From Rhizaria sp. SCN 62-66 (Eukaryota): a DNA stretch of 64,000 bases. The stretch covers positions 62,001-126,000 of the forward strand of contig MEDY01000081.1 in NCBI GenBank assembly GCA_001724265.1. The letters run 5' to 3'. Every line of letters begins with the position of its first letter. Position 1 is the stretch's first letter. This document shows positions 47,101-59,700 of this stretch, piece after piece. Made by a program: the position numbers and the translations under genes. Below the pieces are notes generated by a model, which ran no database searches, had not been told where the DNA came from, and was given only the letters and a program-made list of their open reading frames with translations.

Positions 47101-50100
47101 GCTGCTTCGCATCGAGCGCCTCGAGGCGCGCGCGCGGCGCAGGGACAGGGCCGTGGCCAAGGCCGGCGCTGTGGCTTGGCAAGCGTTCGTGCCGACGCCT
47201 TCAAGCAACGTCATCAGCAAGGATAGCGCGACTGCAGATGACGCCGAGAGCAAGCATGAAGAGTCTGCTCCCATTAGTGTGGTTGCGAAGGATGTCATTG
47301 CTATGGCAGACGAGACTAAGGATGCTTCTCTCAGCTCTAACAAGGCTGCTGGGGACGGTGATGTGATTGCCATCGACACGACTACTGCCACAACAAGTAC
47401 GCTTAACGCTACCGCGGAGTCAGCGTTTTCGTACGACGTCGGCAACGACTCTTCGCTGCTGCAGTGGCTGCCCCCGCTGAAGTCTGTCAAGTGCGACGCC
47501 AACGCGCTGTGCTCGGTCTGCGGTCTGCTCGACGACGATGATGACGACGACGAGGATGAGGCTGGTGAGAATCAGAGCGACGCCTCTGACACGGACGCCG
47601 ACTCAATCGCCGACCCTAACACGGCTGACTCTCAGCACGACAGTGACAACGGCGACTCGAGTGTTGTCAATCGTGGCAAAAGCGCATCGTTGCCAACGAT
47701 GGTTCAATGCATGGGCTGCCTCGTAACTGTCCACCCGCGTTGCTACGGAGATAATCTCAATTTGTTCTCTCCTCTCCAGCAAATTCTCGCTCGCCAGCAG
47801 CAGCAGGAGCAAAACACCAGCTTCCCGTGGCTTTGTGCGCGCTGTGTGATGAGCTCTCTCGAACTTCACAAGGCCTGCGTCGTGTGCGGCTTGACTTCCG
47901 GCGCGATGCGTCCCATCGAGCTTACGCGTGAGCCGTGCTCCTCCGCTGCCGCCAAGCCTGTACTGACGGCGGCAGCAGCGTGGGTAGTCAGGTATCACAG
48001 CACACTGCAAGACGTGCTGAAGCAAGCTGTCGACAAGATCAAGGAAAAACGCCAACAGCAGTACAAGGCAGCTGTTCGCGCCGCCAAGACCGCAGCTCCT
48101 ACGGCGGAGACTGAGGCCAAGCAGCCTGTGGCTATGACCGACAATGACGAAAACATCATTGGCAACACTGATTCGTCAGCGGCTGACAGTACTAGCGTCG
48201 ACACTGCGGCACTCAACGAGATCCTCACTGCGCCGCCGACTGCTGCTGAGTCCGCGTCTATCGAGGCCGCAGTGCGCGTTGCTGCCGCCGAGTTCAGGCC
48301 GTCCCCGATTCAGTGGGCGCACCTCTCGTGCTCGCTCTGGGTGCCGGAAATGTACTTCCGCGCTGCGGATTTCTGCGAACCGGTCGCCAGCGACGCCGTG
48401 TCCTCACTGCCCGCGAAGCGCCGCGCGCTCCCGTGCTACATCTGCAACGACCGCGAGCGCGGCGGCGCCGCCGTGCAGTGCATGGAGAAGAAGTGTTTCG
48501 CGTCGTTCCACGTCCACTGCGCGCGCACGCGCGGCCAGGCCGAACTCTGCCTGCACACGGACCAGCACACTGGCGACTCGGCGTACGTCTCCTACTGCCG
48601 CAAGCACCGCAACGACCTCGTGGCCCCGAACGCGCTCTCGCCCGCGGGTGTGGCCAACCGCGGCCCCGGGCCCGCCGAGCCCTTCACTCTGGAGGACCGT
48701 GCGGCGTCGCACGGGCTGCCGACGACGTCCCCCACGCTCGCGCTGCGGTTGCCCACCGCGGTCATCCGCGGGCACTACACCGGGCACATGGGCGACGAGA
48801 ATGTGCGCACGAGACTCGCGCCGTCGATGGCCGAGGCCGCAGCTGCCGCCGCCAAGCAGCGCCTGCTCGAGGTCCACCAAGAGAACGTGCTGCTCGAGTG
48901 GCAGCAGCAGCAGCAGGGCGGCATTTCCGGTCCAGCTGGCGGCAAAAACACTGGCAAGCAACCGCTCGGCGCCGCCGCTGCTGCTGCTGCTGCCGTGGTG
49001 GCCGGCGGGGCGCGTGCCGAGGTGCCTCTGTGGAGGCTGCTCGGCCTCAGCTCCCCCATGGACAACGCGAACGCTTCCGCCGCGCACCCTGTGGCCGCGC
49101 AACATCCGTGGGCGTGCTTTGTGCGCACCACGCTCTCCGGCCTTGCGGTGGGGATCGCGCGGCCCTTCTTGCGCCTGCAACAGCAGCAGAGCGGCTCACC
49201 GACGCTGCCGCAGTTCGCGCTGCCGTTCCTGCTCTCGCTGCCGACGCACGTGCGCTGGCTGCTGCTGCCGCCGGCGCTGCGCGCCTCGATGCGCCGCCTG
49301 CGCTCCGCCGCGGTCTGGGCTCGCGGTGCCACCGTGCTGGGGCAGGACGTGTGGCCGCAGCTTCAGTGGGCCCGCTCCGCGCTCCAACAGCAGCAGCGTA
49401 ACAAGACCGATGGTGGCCGTCAGAAGCCTGTCGTGCTGCGTCTGCCCTTTACGCCGTGCCACGCCGCCGCTGTCTCGGGTGTTGCCGTCGACAGTCTGAG
49501 TGGCGATGGCGGCGAGACCGTTGTCTGTCGCGACGGCCGCTGCAATGGCAGTTGCATTCAAAGCCCCGAAGCTGTTGCCGCCGGCGCCGCGACTGTGGCA
49601 GAGGTGCTGCGGTGCTCCTGCTGCTGGGGCGGTGGTGTGACCGTGGGCACTCTTTTCTCGACGCTGCTCGGTCTTAACACGCCTTTTGTTCCAACTTACA
49701 CAGAGACTACCCTGACTGACACAACGAACTCGACTGATGCCGTTTCGAAGCCTGATGCTCCGACGGCGGACCCATCGTTTTCAGGAGCTACCGCGAGCAA
49801 CAGTCCCTTTGTCATCGCAGCGCTGCCCAGCCAGACAGAGTCTCCGTGGTGGCTTCGCTTCTTTGCCGAGCTTGTCCGCGGCTCGATCCCGCTCGAGCGC
49901 GAGACGTACTGGCTCAACGGACTCGACGCGGCCGCCAAGGCTGCGTCGAGCAAGCCTGCGAGCGCACGTGACCCGCAGGGAGGCTCCGCTGCCGCTGCTG
50001 TGGCCGTCTTAGCGCACCGCATCCCGGTTCCGGATCTGCTGTTAGAGCCCGCGTCCGGCCCCGTGACCGCGAGCGGGGCCACCCTGCACATGCCGCGGCT

Positions 50101-53100
50101 CACGCGGCTAGCGCTGAGCAACGAGTTTGACGCCGTCTGCAGCGCGTGGAAGAGGCTGCCCGTGCTCCCGAGCTTCAACCCCACCGTGGCGGGCAGTGAA
50201 GCCTACGGCACGGGCATCGGCGGCTGGATGGGAAGCAGCACCATCGGTCTCGGGGTCGTCCCCAGTCCTGGCGCTGCTTCTCCGAGTGCGATGAGTGATG
50301 CTGTGGGTGAGAATGAAAAGGTGATGGTGTTCTCTGCTAGCGCCAGCTCCAGCGCGAGTCGCATTGTTGATGCCGACGCCACTGTCTCTGCTGTAGGTTC
50401 CACGAACAGTACGAACCCCGCTAGTTCTCTTGCAATGGGTAGCTGCAGTGGCCCAGTCAGTACGCAGAGTTTGCGTCAACAGCTGCTGTCTCTCATCGCA
50501 GCGGACTTTGCGTTCACTCATCCGTAGCTCGTGGCGACTCCTGACCACTCGCAGGCATTGGATGCCTTGGCTGCAGCGACTACCGACTCCCTCTGCTACT
50601 CCCTTGCAACTTCAGTCACTTTCATGAACACAGAGGCCGGTGGTAACACGAGTGGGAGCAGTGCGCTTCCGCCTTTGATCTCACTCTTCACTGCTCCTAC
50701 CTCAGCACTCGCGCTTTCGTGCTTCGCACTACCTGCTTCTCTTGTCCTTCCCAGTGGAAACTCCCCCACAAGCGCGGCGAACACGTTGCACCCGTCGTCT
50801 CAGTCTGGAGGTGTCTCCGCAGCCGCGTCTCTGTCCCTCGCCGGCCCCAGCAACTCCACCTATATCGCCTCTCTGCCCGACGCGGCGGAGGTCGAGGCTG
50901 AGCTCGACTTTGCCGCCTCGCAGCAGTGCGAAGACATCGAGGAAGCGTACACGAGCGGCGATACACACGGCGAGGCGCACGCTGAAGAGTGGGCGAGCAT
51001 GGGACACTGGCTGCGCCACTTTGCCTCTGCTACCACGGCGACGGACTCGGCTTCGAGCGCGAGTGTGCGTGCGATTCAGAGCGCAGCGTTCTTGCCGCTG
51101 CCGTCGCACCCCGTCCCCCTGACTCCGTTCGCATTCATCCCCGTCGACCCCGTCCTGTCGTGCTGGAACTGCGAGAAGTTAGGCCGCACAACTGCGGCGC
51201 ACGCCGAGTGCCTTGGCATGCCTCCCGCGACGTGGGTCCCCTCGGTCGCGCGGTTCCTGCGCGCGGTGGTGTTCCTGTACAAGCAGGCGCTGAAGCACAC
51301 GAACCCCGAGCTCAACGACACGACGATGAACAACGTTGGCCTCCGCGACCTCAATAGTGATCTTGCCACTGAGCTCACTGCTGCTGCTGCAGTATCGACA
51401 GCGCCCGCGGTGACTGCCCCGACCGGCGTCCCCGCGCTGGACCCCCACTGCATCGAGCACGCCGCCATCCCGCTCGTCATTCCCACCGAGGCGCTCGCGG
51501 CCCCGACGCTCGCTCTGTGCCCGCTCGCGCTGCGCCGCGCGCTCACGCAGGCTAGCGCGCTTTTCTGGGGACCGGACGCATTCGCCGCCGCGGTCGCGCT
51601 CACGACGCCCTGCTCCCAGACCGCCCAGCCGCTCGGCAACGCCAACGACAGGCTCGCCGCCAACCGGCTCGATGTCGCGTACGCTCGGCTGCAGCGCGCG
51701 GTGGGCGCCGTCGTGCCCTACTATACGTGCCCGACGTGCGACGCCGCGCCGCTGCCCATGGCCGCCACGGCCGCCGCCGCCGCGGGTGCGACGGGCACGG
51801 CCGCGGGCAATGGCAGCGCGCGCAGCGGGCGCGGGCGTGGGCGCGGCGGCGCTCGCGGGCAGATCAGCTCCACGGGTGCGCGCCTCGCGTCCACGGCCGC
51901 GGCAGCGACGGTTAACGTCGACGACGCGGACGACGACGACGAGGAAGACGAGGACGAGGCCGTGCGCGTGCGTGCGCGCGCGGCGGGCGTGGGCCACGGC
52001 CGCGGCAAGTCTGCGCGCGACCGGCGCGCTGACAACCAGCGCATCGGGATGTCCGCGCTGGGTGCTGACAGCAACAGCAACAAAGCCAACGGCAGTCAGA
52101 ACAAGGACAGCGGCGCCCGGAGCACCACCAGCGGCGCGCGCAGCAACGGCAGCAGGGGCGGTCGTGGCGGCAGCAACGCCGCAGGCAATAGAGGCCGCGG
52201 CCGTCATGCCAGCGCGGGCTGTGAGTCCGACAGCTCAGACAGCGACGCTGGCCCCGGCTCAGCCGAGCCCGCCTCTGCCGCGCTGCCGCCGTCCCCGCTG
52301 CCGGCGGGCGCGCGCTGGCCCGGCTGCGTGCTGCTGGCACCGAGCGACCGCAGTCTGTACCGCAACCCGTACTGGCCGCTCGAGGCCGAGTCCGCCGCCG
52401 CCTTCAACAGCGCGTGCTCGGTCACGGTCCGCACACGCATTGCGTCTATCTCGCTCGCGCGCACGGTCGCCGCAGGCGCCGTCGCGCTGCTGTCGGGCGC
52501 CGCGGCCCCTGCGCCCGGCGCGGTGGGGTTGAGCGACGCCAACGAGTCGGTGTCGCACGCGCGCGCGGCCTGGACCGCTGTGCAGACGCGGCTCGACAAG
52601 CACCGCGCATTGGCGCAGCACGCGGCGGCGCTCGACCACGCGCTCGCGCTGTCGCCGCCGCAGTTCCTGCCCCCGCGGTGCGCGGCGTGTCTGTCGCGCG
52701 GTGGCATCATGCGGCCCACGGCCGACGGCTCGGGCCTCTGGGTGCACCCCATCTGCGTCGTCTACACGCCCGAGCTTTTCTATCGCGGCCAGGCCCCCGA
52801 CGACGAAGTGCGCGGCCTCAGCGCGGCGCTGCTCGCGCGGCGATCGCTGCAGTGCGGCGTGTGTCGCATCAAGGGCGGCGCCTGCGTGCAGTGCGACGCG
52901 CGGCACTGCTACACCGCGCTGCACGTCACGTGCGGTCTGCGCGCCGGACTGTTGCTGCGCGACGCGCGCGTGCGGCGCTCCTACCAGGCCGACCCGCTGG
53001 ACCCGTACTCGGGCATGTACAGCGCGTTCGACGGCACGCTCGTCGGCCGCGTCGACGGCGAGGCCAACGATGAGGAAACCATCACCGGCGGCGCCGACGA

Positions 53101-55405
53101 TAGGGACATTGTGTTGACGGATCACGACTTCGTCCGTCTTCGTGCCAAGGGTCCCTTCTTCGGAACAGAAGTCTCCGCGCTTCCGCAGCGGCCCTCGTTG
53201 GCGCCGCCCTCTCAGACCTCTATCGCTGCGGTCGCGGCCGCCAACGGCGACATCCCGCCCAGCAACGCCGTCGGCGTGTATATCAAGTGCCCCCGCCACA
53301 CGCCGCACCATTGTCCCGTCACGGGCGCGCCGCTGCGGCCGAAGCTCTTCCGCTTCGCGGCCGGCGGCGACTGCGTGGCGCCGTCGCTCTTGGCGCCCGG
53401 GGAGCCCTTGGGTGGCAGCGTGCTCGCCGTGGCGCCGCCATCACCGCGCCGCGCCGCCACGACTGCGGCCGCGAGCGCCAGCAACAAAGCGTCAGCGCCC
53501 GCGCCCGCGCTCTCACACACACAGTCAGACTCGTACGCCAAGAGCGTCCAGTCAAGCTTGTCGCGGTTTTCGACAGTGCCGGCAGGTCCCACAGGAGTGC
53601 GCATGTCAGTAATCTCAACCCGTGCGCAACCCGGGGAGTTTGCTCCCTCACCGCCGCCGCCGCCGCAGCCGCGCGCTCACAGCAACACTGTCTCCACCGA
53701 GTATTTTACTGTGCAGCTCGATGGCACGTACATCAGGCGCGCGCGCGGTCGGCCGAAGCGCATCTCCCCCCCGTATGTGCGGACCGTGATGGGCGTCATC
53801 ATCAATACGAACGAGGTCGTTCGCGAGGGCGCGCTTGCAAGTGAGTTCATTCGCAACAGGGCCAAGGGGCTCATGAGTGGCGAGGACATCACGCCCGAGC
53901 GCCCTCTCGCGCACTCCCCCGCCCGCAACGCCGCTGGCTACACTCCCAAGAGCGAGCACGGGAGCCCGGCGACGTCCGCGCCGCAGTCGCCGTCGAGCGC
54001 GCGGTCCGGCACTCTCAATGCCAACGCGGGGAGCGCTCCCGTCTCGCCCGCAGCCTCCGCCTTTGCCAGTGCGAATGCTCGCTACGCGAGTCCGAGCTCC
54101 CGTGCTGGCGCCGATGCGAGCCTCACTGCGAGCCCCGGTGCCGTCAGTGGACCGAGCGCGCCCGACCTGCAGGACCCGCAGCTGAGGCCGTCTGACTGGA
54201 GCGAACAGAGTGCGGAGGCTGCGGCGTACTTGAAGCAGTACTTCAGAAAGAGCAACGCTGACGATAGCAACTGCACGAGTGGCAATCACAAGTCGGTGCT
54301 TGTTTCTGATCACGATGACTTTGATGACGACATCAGCGACAAGATTTACAGCAACAATGACTCCGAGATGACGGCGAACAAGGATGTGAGCGCCAGTAAT
54401 CTTGCCGCGTCCACGGCTGCTGCCCCTGCCGCTGACTCTGCGAGCTCCTCCTCCTCTGCCAGTGTCGTTGAGATCGACGACGGTGAGTCCCAGAACGATG
54501 TCATCTCGACGCCAGCTGACTGCCCCACGCCACCCGCCAACGCTACGCCGACTCTGCGCAGTGTCTCTCGCCTCGGCACCGCTGGCGTCAGCTCCTCTGA
54601 TGACATCATTGCTGATGCAAGTAGCGCGACTCGTTCCGTCACCGATAAGTCGGCTGCCTCAGGCTCTCCGTCTTCGTCTTCTCATGCACTAGCCTCCTCC
54701 TCTCGTGTCAATCGGGTGTACTGCGGTGTCATCACTTTTGATGACGAGAAAGACGAGAAGGAGAAAGAGGCGGACGCTGCCAAGATTGCGCAGCCCGTCA
54801 CTGCCGCTGTTGCTGCGGCAGCGGCTGCAGCTGCTATGGTTGCTGTGACAGCGGGATCGGTCGCCGCTGCGGCAGGAATGGACGACGAATTCGACGAGAG
54901 AGAGGTCCCGCCTCTGGCCGCCCTCACGCCCGTCAGGACGCCCTCCTCTTGCAGTGCGGGCGCCGGCAATCCCGGCAGTATCCGCAGCAGCAGCCGTCGC
55001 AGTCTGGCGCCGGCGCTCTTGGCCGTTTCGGCCGACTCGGCGGTGCCGACTCGCCCCATGGCCACGGCCGACCACGGCAACAGCACCATTAACACTAAGG
55101 AAGACAGTGGTAACAATGACGTCCCTGCTTCTGCCCCTGCGTCCTCTAGCGCTGGTAGCCCGACGGCTAGTGAGAGCTCTGCTACTGGTCCGCCTGCGGC
55201 TGCGGCGACACGGGGCAATGCGAACACGAAGCCGAAGCGCCCTGCTGAGACTGCAATGGGTGGAAACGACAAGCGTGCCCGCCCTGCTAACAACAACAAC
55301 AATAACACTCACGCGAACGCAAACAACAGTGGCAACGGTAGCAATAAGGCGGCCAATGGAGGAAAGACGTCTATTCTTAACTTTTTCTCGAAGGTTAACA
55401 AGTAA
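41186..55405 (+). CDS. Chromatin protein with three PZP (PHD, Zn knuckle, ePHD) modules, JADE/BRPF/AF10-type, plus an AT-hook; about 4740 codons with an in-frame TAG at 50525-50527
   Basis: PHD1 CDVC..CSLC..HQGCY..WYCKAC (41279-41415) and ePHD HVSC..CTVC..CLQC..FHAHC; second module CSVC..CMGC..HPRCY..WLCARC, WAHLSCSLWVPE; third module after the TAG with CAAC..WVHPIC..CGVC..CVQC..LHVTCG; RRARGRPKR AT-hook (~53736-53762). ORFs 41015-50527 and 50531-55405 are in the same frame; final stop TAA. The start codon is uncertain. Confidence 0.78.
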
Positions 55406-55696
55406 AACTGTTGGGTCGCGCTCCCAGTCTACGAGACTGACTTTATACTGCTAAACTACTACTGATAAGATAATTAGACTTTATGGGTTTAAGTTTCACC
55501 AATATATATTAGAAACAGATACAATACAATCATTGAACTGCGAACACCTCGTCACGTAACGAACATATAGAATCTATCGTCAGATGGCATTGAGATAAAA
55601 TGAAAGACTATGTATTGTGTGATGAACTAGATAACAATATACTTCGATGATTTGCCGCAAGACAACTTCTTAACGAACTAAGGAGCGTGCCACGTC

Positions 55697-56293
55697 TTAG
55701 ATTGAGGAAAAGTTGCGGTTGTTGTAGGGAAATGTCTTGCGCGCTGCCTTGAGCCTGCGCAGCGCCTCTGTCAAATGCCACTTCTCCAGCGGCCCGCCGT
55801 ATACGCCGGACTCCATGCGGACCTGCTTGGCCTTCTCCACAAGTTCTTTGGCGAACACAAGACCGCAGTCCTTGACAGCGAGGGGCACGAGAGGGTCCGA
55901 GGCGGCGCCGGGCACAACGGTGTTGACCAGCTGCGTCGCGAAAAGGGTGTCGATCGTCGCAGGCTCGGTCGGGATCGCCGCGGAGTAGTCAAAGAACGGG
56001 TGTGGGGCCGCAGTGGTGGACGAAGATAAGGCCTCCGCAGAAGCCTGAGACGTGGTCGCGGCAGGGGTGGCTGCAGTGGTGGCAGCAGCGATGGTGGTTG
56101 TTGGTTGAGTCTTGCTTGAAGCAGCTGGCGCGGGAGCAGCTGTAGTTGTGATAACAACAGCAGACCCGTTAAAAGAAGCCGCGGTGGACTTCAATGCACC
56201 GGTACTGTCTGTTGTGATTGTGTAGGACTGAACAGCCGCGGAGGCCTTCTTCGGACCACCCATCGACAGAGTCAGGGGCTTCGACTGTGACAT
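55697..56293 (-). CDS. TAF11: TAF11 (TAFII28)-like histone-fold TFIID subunit
   Basis: LAVKDCGLVFAKELVEKAKQV...GPLEKWHLTEALRRL resembles the TAF11 core (K-V-F-VGE-VE-A...PL-P-H-REA-RRL); low-complexity N-terminus; stop TAA. Confidence 0.7.
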   Translation of the reverse strand: MSQSKPLTLSMGGPKKASAAVQSYTITTDSTGALKSTAASFNGSAVVITTTAAPAPAASSKTQPTTTIAAATTAATPAATTSQASAEALSSSTTAAPHPFFDYSAAIPTEPATIDTLFATQLVNTVVPGAASDPLVPLAVKDCGLVFAKELVEKAKQVRMESGVYGGPLEKWHLTEALRRLKAARKTFPYNNRNFSSI

Positions 56294-56715
56294 GAATGAC
56301 CCAGATGTCTACAGAAGCAAAGATGCAGTTCAATAGAAAATAAATAAGTGGGAATATGTGAAACAAAGATTCAAAATCGTTCAAACAAAAAGAAGTACAT
56401 TTGACGATCGCTACAGCTTTGAAATAGAATGAAAAGCTCCGTCCAAGCCACTCTGCGTTGTCGCCTCATCTTCCGCGCCCACCCTTGACCACTTTCTTTT
56501 GACTTATCCACTGGTGTCACTTAATCGTAAAATCGTCTGCATGTGGTACTTTATGAACTTTTTCTTAAATTTTAACACTATAATTAAGTTTCATACTCAC
56601 AGGCACTTTTATTGTCTCGATATCCCGAAAGTAATTGTCGACACTCCACTGAAGTATCACACTTCCTGTCACAAGTCCTCCAGCTCCGCTCTCCGGCGCT
56701 CCCTGCTCTCCCGCG

Positions 56716-59700
56716 ATGTCTGACAGGGCGCCACCCGTTGGCGCCTCACTTTCCGCGGTACTCGCGGCGGACGGCTCTCCTCCCTTGAGCAACTCCGAGC
56801 GTTTCGCGCGGCAACTGCTTCGCGACCGCGGTCTCTACACCACACACATCGAGCGCGAGCTGGAGCGTGTCTCAGCCGACTACCTCCGCGTGAGCGAGAT
56901 GACCACGAGCCTTACTGACGTTCGCGGTACTCTTCAACTCCACGCCACGCGCCTGTCATCTCTGTCCTCGGCCGTCACGGCGACCGCCGAGGCGCACGAA
57001 GCCAGCGAGCTCGAGGCCGCCCGCGCGTCCACCGCCCTGCGCGCGCGCAACAAGGCGCTCGACGAACGGCTCTCCCACGTTGAGGCGCTTATCACCACCG
57101 TCCGTTCGACCCCGGCGCCCGTGCTGCCGCCCCCTGCGCCCGCGCCGGCGCCGCCTGCGCCCGTCGCGGTCAGCGCCGCACCCGCGTTTGGACCAGTGCA
57201 GTGTGCGCAGGAGGTGCGCTCACAGCTCGCCCCCGCGACCGCCGCGCTCACTGCGCGCCTCGACGCGGGCATCGAGGCCGTCGAGGACGTCATCACGCGC
57301 GTTGATGCGCGGGTCTCGGCGCGCGTCGAGAGCGCGCTGGCCAAGGTGGAGGCCGCGGGGAGCAAGGCGGCCACGGCTGCTGACGCTGCGGCCGCCGCTG
57401 AGGCTGCTGCTGACAAAGCGGACGCCGCAGCGGCGCGCGCTCAGAACGAAACCGCAGCGCTTGCCACCGCGGTTGCGCAGTGCAGCGCGCAGCAGCAACT
57501 ACTGAAGGCGGCCCTTGCTGCCATCCCCGCAACACCGACGGTAATCGCCGCCCCGCCAGCGCCTGCGCCTGCGGTGGCTGCAGCTGCGCCGGCGCGCCCG
57601 GGCCCACAGTCGCCCCTGTCTGCCTCCGAGGAGTCCTTCTGGGCAGACCACGTGTGCTCGTGGACCGTAAACGACCTCACATCCCGGCCGGACAGCGCCC
57701 TCGCGCGCGCGGTCGCGACGCTCACGACCGCCGCGGTGGCTCCTGTCGCCAAGACCGCTGCCGACGCAACCGCGGCCGCCGCTGCGGCCTCGCGCGCCGC
57801 AGCCGCCGCGCAAGCGACCGCCACAGCCGCGCAGGCCTCCGCGGCGGACGCCGTGGCGGGTGCCGAGGCCGCGGCGCAGGCGGCCGCACAGCGCGCTGAC
57901 ACAGCCGCGCTGTCGCTGCAGCGGCGGCTGCAGAGCCTTGAGACGAAGGCTGACGCCGCCGCCGCCGCCGCGTCCAACGCAGCCGAGGCCGCAGATGCCG
58001 CGACCGCCGCGGCAGAGGCTGCTGCGGCGCCAGTCAAGCTTAAGGCTGCGGTCGCCGCCGAAGTGAGTCGCGCTGTCGACGCCGCAGTCGCCGCCGCCGT
58101 TGCCGCCGCAGTCGCGGACGCAGTCACTGCAGCTGTCGCAGCGGCGCGCAGCGAGTGGGAGACGGCCGCCGCCGCGCGCGAAGCTGCGACCGCGACCAAG
58201 CTGCGCGCAGCGGCCGAGACCGCGGCCGCTGCGGCGGCGACTGAGGCCGTCTCCGAGGTCGAGTCGCGCTTGCTGGCGACAGCGCGCGCGCAGGCGCAGG
58301 CGCAGGCGCGCGAGCGTGATCGTGAGCGCGCAGTCCAGCGTGAGGGCGAGACGGCAGCAGTCGTGGCGCTGACCAGCAAGGTCGACGCCGCGCTGCTGAC
58401 GGCGCAACAAAGTCAGGCCGCCTCGGAGCGTGCGCGCGAGGCCTGTGCAGGCATCGGCGCCGCGCACAAGGCTGAGGCGGCGGCAGTGCTGGCCGCTATT
58501 GCTGAGGCCGAGACCAGGGCCGCTGCGGCCAGGACTGAGGCTGAAGCGAGGGCTAATGAGGCCGAGGCGCGGCTGTTGGCACAGTCGCAGTCCGTGGCAG
58601 CTGCAGTCGACGAGAAGGCCAGCAAAGCCTTGGCTGCAACGGAAGCCAAGTTGCAGGGGGCCACCACCGCTGCGAACGAGAAAGCCAGCAAGGCTCTTGC
58701 TGCGGCGGAGGCCGCGCGCAAGGCGGCTGCTGAGACGACCGCGAAGGTCACCGAGTGCACTACTGTTGCGAAGCAAGCTAGTGCAGCGATGCAGGCTCTG
58801 AAGATCGCGAGCGACGAGGCGCGTTCTCGCTTAACGCCGCTTGCGACTGCTGTCAAAACGCTGGCAACTCGTATCGACGCCACGGAAGCCGGGTTCGCGT
58901 CTAAGCTTGCTGCAGCCGCTAAGCAGACTGAGGCAAGCGTTGATGCTCGCTTTGCTGCTGTTTCAAACGCGTTCGATGCTAATTTGGCGCGCTTCAACAC
59001 AGCGCAGGCTGCCGTTGTCGAGGACCTTTCGGCGCGCGTGTGGAGCGCGGAACAGGTCGCCGCACGTGTCGCTGCAGACACGGTAGCGCGGACGACCCAA
59101 CTGGAGCAAAACATTGCCGAGGCAGCTGCAGCTGCTGTGAGGACCGCCGAGGCCGCTGTCGCGAAGGTCGCTGCGGACGCGGCCGCAGAGGCACGGGCCC
59201 GCGGGGACAGTGGCGCTGCTGCGGCGCGCGCGGCGGTGTCTGCAGCAGAGTCTGCCGCGGCCGCGGCCACAGCGAGCGCTGACGACGCCCGCCGCACTGC
59301 CGATGCGGGGCAGCGGGCGGCGGAGACGGCGCGGCGCGAGAGCGCGCGGGAACTGGCCCAGGCGCTGCGCGCGGCGGAGCAAAGCAACGAGCGAGCTGTG
59401 CGTGAGGCGCGTGACGCGATGGGCGACGTGACGCGCGCGCATAAGGATGACTTGGAGAACAAGATGCGCGACTCGGTCGACTTGATGCGTGATTTTGAGC
59501 GCAGCATCGGCGAAAAGCTTGCGCAGACGGCGCGTGCTGGCGAGGAAACGATGCGCGCTGCTGTGGAACAAGTGCGCCGAGTGCAGGATCGGTTTTCGGC
59601 TTCGCTGGACGCAGCACTTGCCGCGGAGCATGTGGCGCGTGCGGCGCACGCGGCAGCGACCGCGGAGACCGCCGCCCGCGTGGAGCTCGACTCCACCGTC

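Noticed and set aside
50393-50527. Intron removing the PZP TAG (GTAGGT at 50393, or GTACGC at 50460, to TAG 50527)
   Set aside because: The GTACGC option (68 nt) shifts the frame. The GTAGGT option is in frame but departs from the local GTAYG/CAG pattern and reads like coding, not AT-rich, sequence. Disfavoured, not excluded.
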